60,823 nt of DNA from an uncultured Alphaproteobacteria bacterium (GTDB lineage: Bacteria > Pseudomonadota > Alphaproteobacteria > SP197), in contig CALIUG010000218.1 of assembly GCA_938048755.1 (NCBI GenBank), positions 1-60,823 on the forward strand, written 5' to 3'. Below are positions 58,602 to 60,823 of this stretch, piece after piece (the stretch's first letter is position 1; every line of letters begins with the position of its first letter). Under the pieces are notes generated by a model. It was not told where the DNA came from and searched no databases. It worked only from the letters and a program-made list of their open reading frames with translations. The position numbers were made by a program, and so were the translations under genes.

Positions 58602-59315
58602 TCATGCGCGCGTCACGTCGGGGGTGAACTGGTAGCCCCCGCCGCGCACGGTCTTGATGATTTCGGGATTTTTCGGATCGACCTCGATCTTGCGGCGCAG
58701 GCGCGAAAGCTGGACATCGACACTGCGGTCGAACGGCTGGGCCATGCGCCCCTTGGTATAGGTGAGCAACTGATCGCGATCGAGCACGCGCCGGGGATGT
58801 TCCAGAAACGCGATCAGCAGGTCGTACTCTCCCGCCGTCAGGGTGATCAGCGTGCCTTCGGGATCGAACAGTTCGCGCCTGGCAGTGTCGATCTTCCAGC
58901 CGCCGAAGGCATACCGTGCGTCGTTGCCGTCTTCGGCCGGCTGGCCCGAGACGCGGCGCAGCACGGCACGGATGCGCGCCAGCAGTTCGCGCGGGTTGAA
59001 CGGCTTGGTGACGTAGTCATCGGCACCCAGCTCCAGGCCCACGATGCGGTCGGTGTCTTCGGCCAGGGCCGTCAGCATGATGACCGGCACGGTGGAGATC
59101 TGGCGCAGCTTGCGGCAGATCTCGAAGCCGTCATCCCCGGGCAGCATCAGATCCAGCACCACCAGGTCGATATCGCGGTCGCGCACTTCGCGCAGCGCAC
59201 GTTCGCCATCGGGCGCAGTGATGCAGGCCAGGCTGTGCTTCTCCAGGAAGCGGGCCAGCAGCTCGCGAATCTCGGGGTCGTCATCAACGACAAGAATGGT
59301 TGGCACGGTGTTCAT
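58602..59315 (-). CDS. OmpR/CpxR-family response regulator
   Basis: VVDDD, LDLMLP, KPF, DRSVDVQLSRLR, KTVRGGGY. Start at ATG 59315. Confidence 0.93.
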   Translation of the reverse strand: MNTVPTILVVDDDPEIRELLARFLEKHSLACITAPDGERALREVRDRDIDLVVLDLMLPGDDGFEICRKLRQISTVPVIMLTALAEDTDRIVGLELGADDYVTKPFNPRELLARIRAVLRRVSGQPAEDGNDARYAFGGWKIDTARRELFDPEGTLITLTAGEYDLLIAFLEHPRRVLDRDQLLTYTKGRMAQPFDRSVDVQLSRLRRKIEVDPKNPEIIKTVRGGGYQFTPDVTRA

Positions 59316-59359
59316 GCCCTCCAGATAGCGGTTTCGGGGCCCCGGCACAGGGGAAGTTT

Positions 59360-59413
59360 GTAACGCTGTGTAACAGAGACGTTCAAACGCCGGTTTTCGT
59401 TACACAACGTTAC
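59360..59413. promoter_or_regulatory. Two oppositely oriented GTAAC-N5-GTAAC direct-repeat boxes (CpxR-like)
   Basis: 59360-59374 GTAACgctgtGTAAC and 59399-59413 GTTACacaacGTTAC, between the divergent RR and Spy-like genes. Confidence 0.65.
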
Positions 59414-59530
59414 CCGATGACACCTTTTGCGCAACGCACGCGACACAGAGGCCCGCCATCTTGTTTGCATGCAGAGAGCGGGTGAAGCGCTCAACAACAA
59501 CCCGACCTGCATAGGGACCAAACAGAGAGG

Positions 59531-59992
59531 ATGAAGACAATGAAACGTACCAATGCAGTTTACCTGGCCGGGGTTGTTGCTGTCGGCCTGACCGGTGCGG
59601 CCCTGGCGGCCAACAGCGGTGACGGTCACGAGGGTGGCATGTTCGGGAGCCATTGCGACGGCGACCGGGCCATGAAGATGGAAATGATGACCCTCTATGT
59701 CTAGAACCAGCTCGACCTCACCGACGCGCAGCTTCCGGCCTGGAACAACACCGTCGGTGTGCTCGAGGACGCTGCCCAGCAGCGTGCGGCCATGTGCGAT
59801 GCGCTGGCCGAGATGGGCCAGCCCGAAAACGTGATCGAGGCGCTGGACCGTGCCGAACAGCACATGGAGACCGGCCTTGCCACCGTCAGCGAACTCAAGG
59901 GCGCGGTCGGTGATCTCTACGAAGTTCTCGACAACGAACAGCGCGCCACGCTGGACGAGATGATGAAGAACTTCCGCCACATGCGTGGGTAA
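59531..59992 (+). pseudogene. Spy/CpxP-like periplasmic helical protein with an in-frame TAG (59702-59704)
   Basis: Signal peptide, then YV*NQLDLTDAQ (LTxxQ motif), C-terminal LDNEQRATL. The frame is continuous across the stop. Confidence 0.7.
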
Positions 59993-60010
59993 CCCCAAGC
60001 CCCATGCATC

Positions 60011-60364
60011 GCTTTGCCCGCTCCCGGCTCTTTTTTCAGCCCCTGGTAGTCGGGGGCGGGTGAAGCACTTCTTTCTGATGGCCGGCCCTCAGGCGCCGGG
60101 CGGGATGGTTTCCATCCCGAAGCCTGAAACGAGATTCGGGTGCCATGCACCCAACACGTTCGGTACCGGCTTTGATCCGGTGTTCTTTCCAGCCCCTGGT
60201 GCGCTGGGTCGAGGTCGGTACCGTCATGAATGCGCGGGATTCCCCCCAATTGATTCCGCGTATGGTTCCACCCGCCTTTGGTCCTTTTTAGCCCCTGGTG
60301 ACCGGAGGTGGGCGGAGCACCCTCCTTAAAGCGCACCGGGCCCATGACCCCCGTCATGGGCCCG
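60011..60364 (+). ncRNA. Candidate structured ncRNA or 3'-UTR element: array of at least 7 hairpins, three with a conserved AGCCCCUGGU apex
   Basis: Mismatch-free stems of 19, 23 and 13 bp with 4, 7 and 3 G-U pairs, differing in sequence but sharing loops. No expression evidence. Confidence 0.5.
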
Positions 60365-60383
60365 ATGTGTTTTTAAAACCAAC

Positions 60384-60533
60384 CGTCATCGCCCGGCTTG
60401 ACCGGGCGACCCATACCGGTGAACGCAAATCACGCGCTACTGGATGGTTCGGCGTCAACTGTGCACACACAACCCGTCGACGTTGCTTTCCCGGCCTCAG
60501 GCATGGGTGGCCCCATCAAGTGGGGCCATGACG
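60384..60533. repeat. REP-like palindrome, family B
   Basis: CGTCATCGCCCGGCTTGACCGGGCGACCCA...GGGTGGCCCCATCAAGTGGGGCCATGACG. Confidence 0.75.
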
Positions 60534-60625
60534 AAAAATGGATGTGGCGGTGCCCTACGGTCAGTGCAGGAGAGGTTTTCACGCAGAGACGCAGGGATGT
60601 TCGAACCACACCACCCGTTCGTCCA

Positions 60626-60767
60626 GCACCCTGCACCGCTGGTGAGCAGGCAATCGGCGGCGAGAGCGAAGCGGCCGCCGACCGGTGCGACCGCACCGGC
60701 GGGCCGGTCAGGCCCGGAAGCCGAGTGAGCGGAGCGAACGCCCGGCGCTTGAGGGAACAAACATAAA
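60626..60767 (-). repeat. Left arm/TIR of the composite element, inverted
   Basis: Near-identical to 15915-16067. Its terminal 29 nt are the reverse complement of 22628-22656. Confidence 0.8.
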
Positions 60768-60823
60768 CAGCGGAGCGATTTCCCCGGTTACTGGTCCCGG
60801 AAGCGCCCGGTCACCAACCCGCT

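Noticed and set aside
6516-59704. Stop-codon reassignment or readthrough as the explanation for the three in-frame stops
   Set aside because: The stops are mixed (TAG and TAA), many intact genes here end in TAG or TAA, and no suppressor machinery is visible. Decay or error is more likely.
60011-60364. CRISPR array or integron attC cassette array
   Set aside because: No constant 23-47 bp repeats with regular spacers, no cas or intI gene, no RYYYAAC/GTTRRRY cores, and no cassette ORFs between hairpins.
5541-60766. Recurring peptides such as SRQSAARAxRPPTGATAP in ORFs 5541-5885, 15673-16053, 22492-22752 and 60398-60766
   Set aside because: Translations of the intergenic repeat arm, not a protein family.

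Overview
High-GC alphaproteobacterial chromosomal segment (cenR, hrcA-grpE, rph-rdgB-hemW, gshB, yraN and pyrE are recognisable). From left to right: (1) the right end of an IS3-family element interrupting a K+ channel gene; (2) six PhyH-type Fe(II)/2-oxoglutarate dioxygenases in three tandem pairs, with an enoyl-CoA hydratase, a homocysteine S-methyltransferase-like protein and a cupin; (3) a coupled operon of an M23 peptidase (frameshifted at a 5-bp repeat), a passenger-less TpsB and two AmpH-like serine hydrolases, one carrying two in-frame stops; (4) envelope and housekeeping genes; (5) a ~22 kb locus of unknown function that combines cyclic-nucleotide signalling parts, four glycosyltransferases, a phosphatase, a deacetylase, a peptide-type ABC importer with a mini-paralog of its permease, and an ABC exporter-like protein with degenerate ATPase motifs; (6) core genes and a Cpx-like two-component module with GTAAC-N5-GTAAC boxes; (7) a ~350-nt array of G-U-rich hairpins, three of which share a conserved apex (candidate structured RNA). 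Nested REP/REPIN-like palindromic elements occur in several intergenic regions. No rRNA, tRNA or CRISPR array was seen. All family assignments come from motif recognition by eye, with no database searches run; start sites are best estimates.
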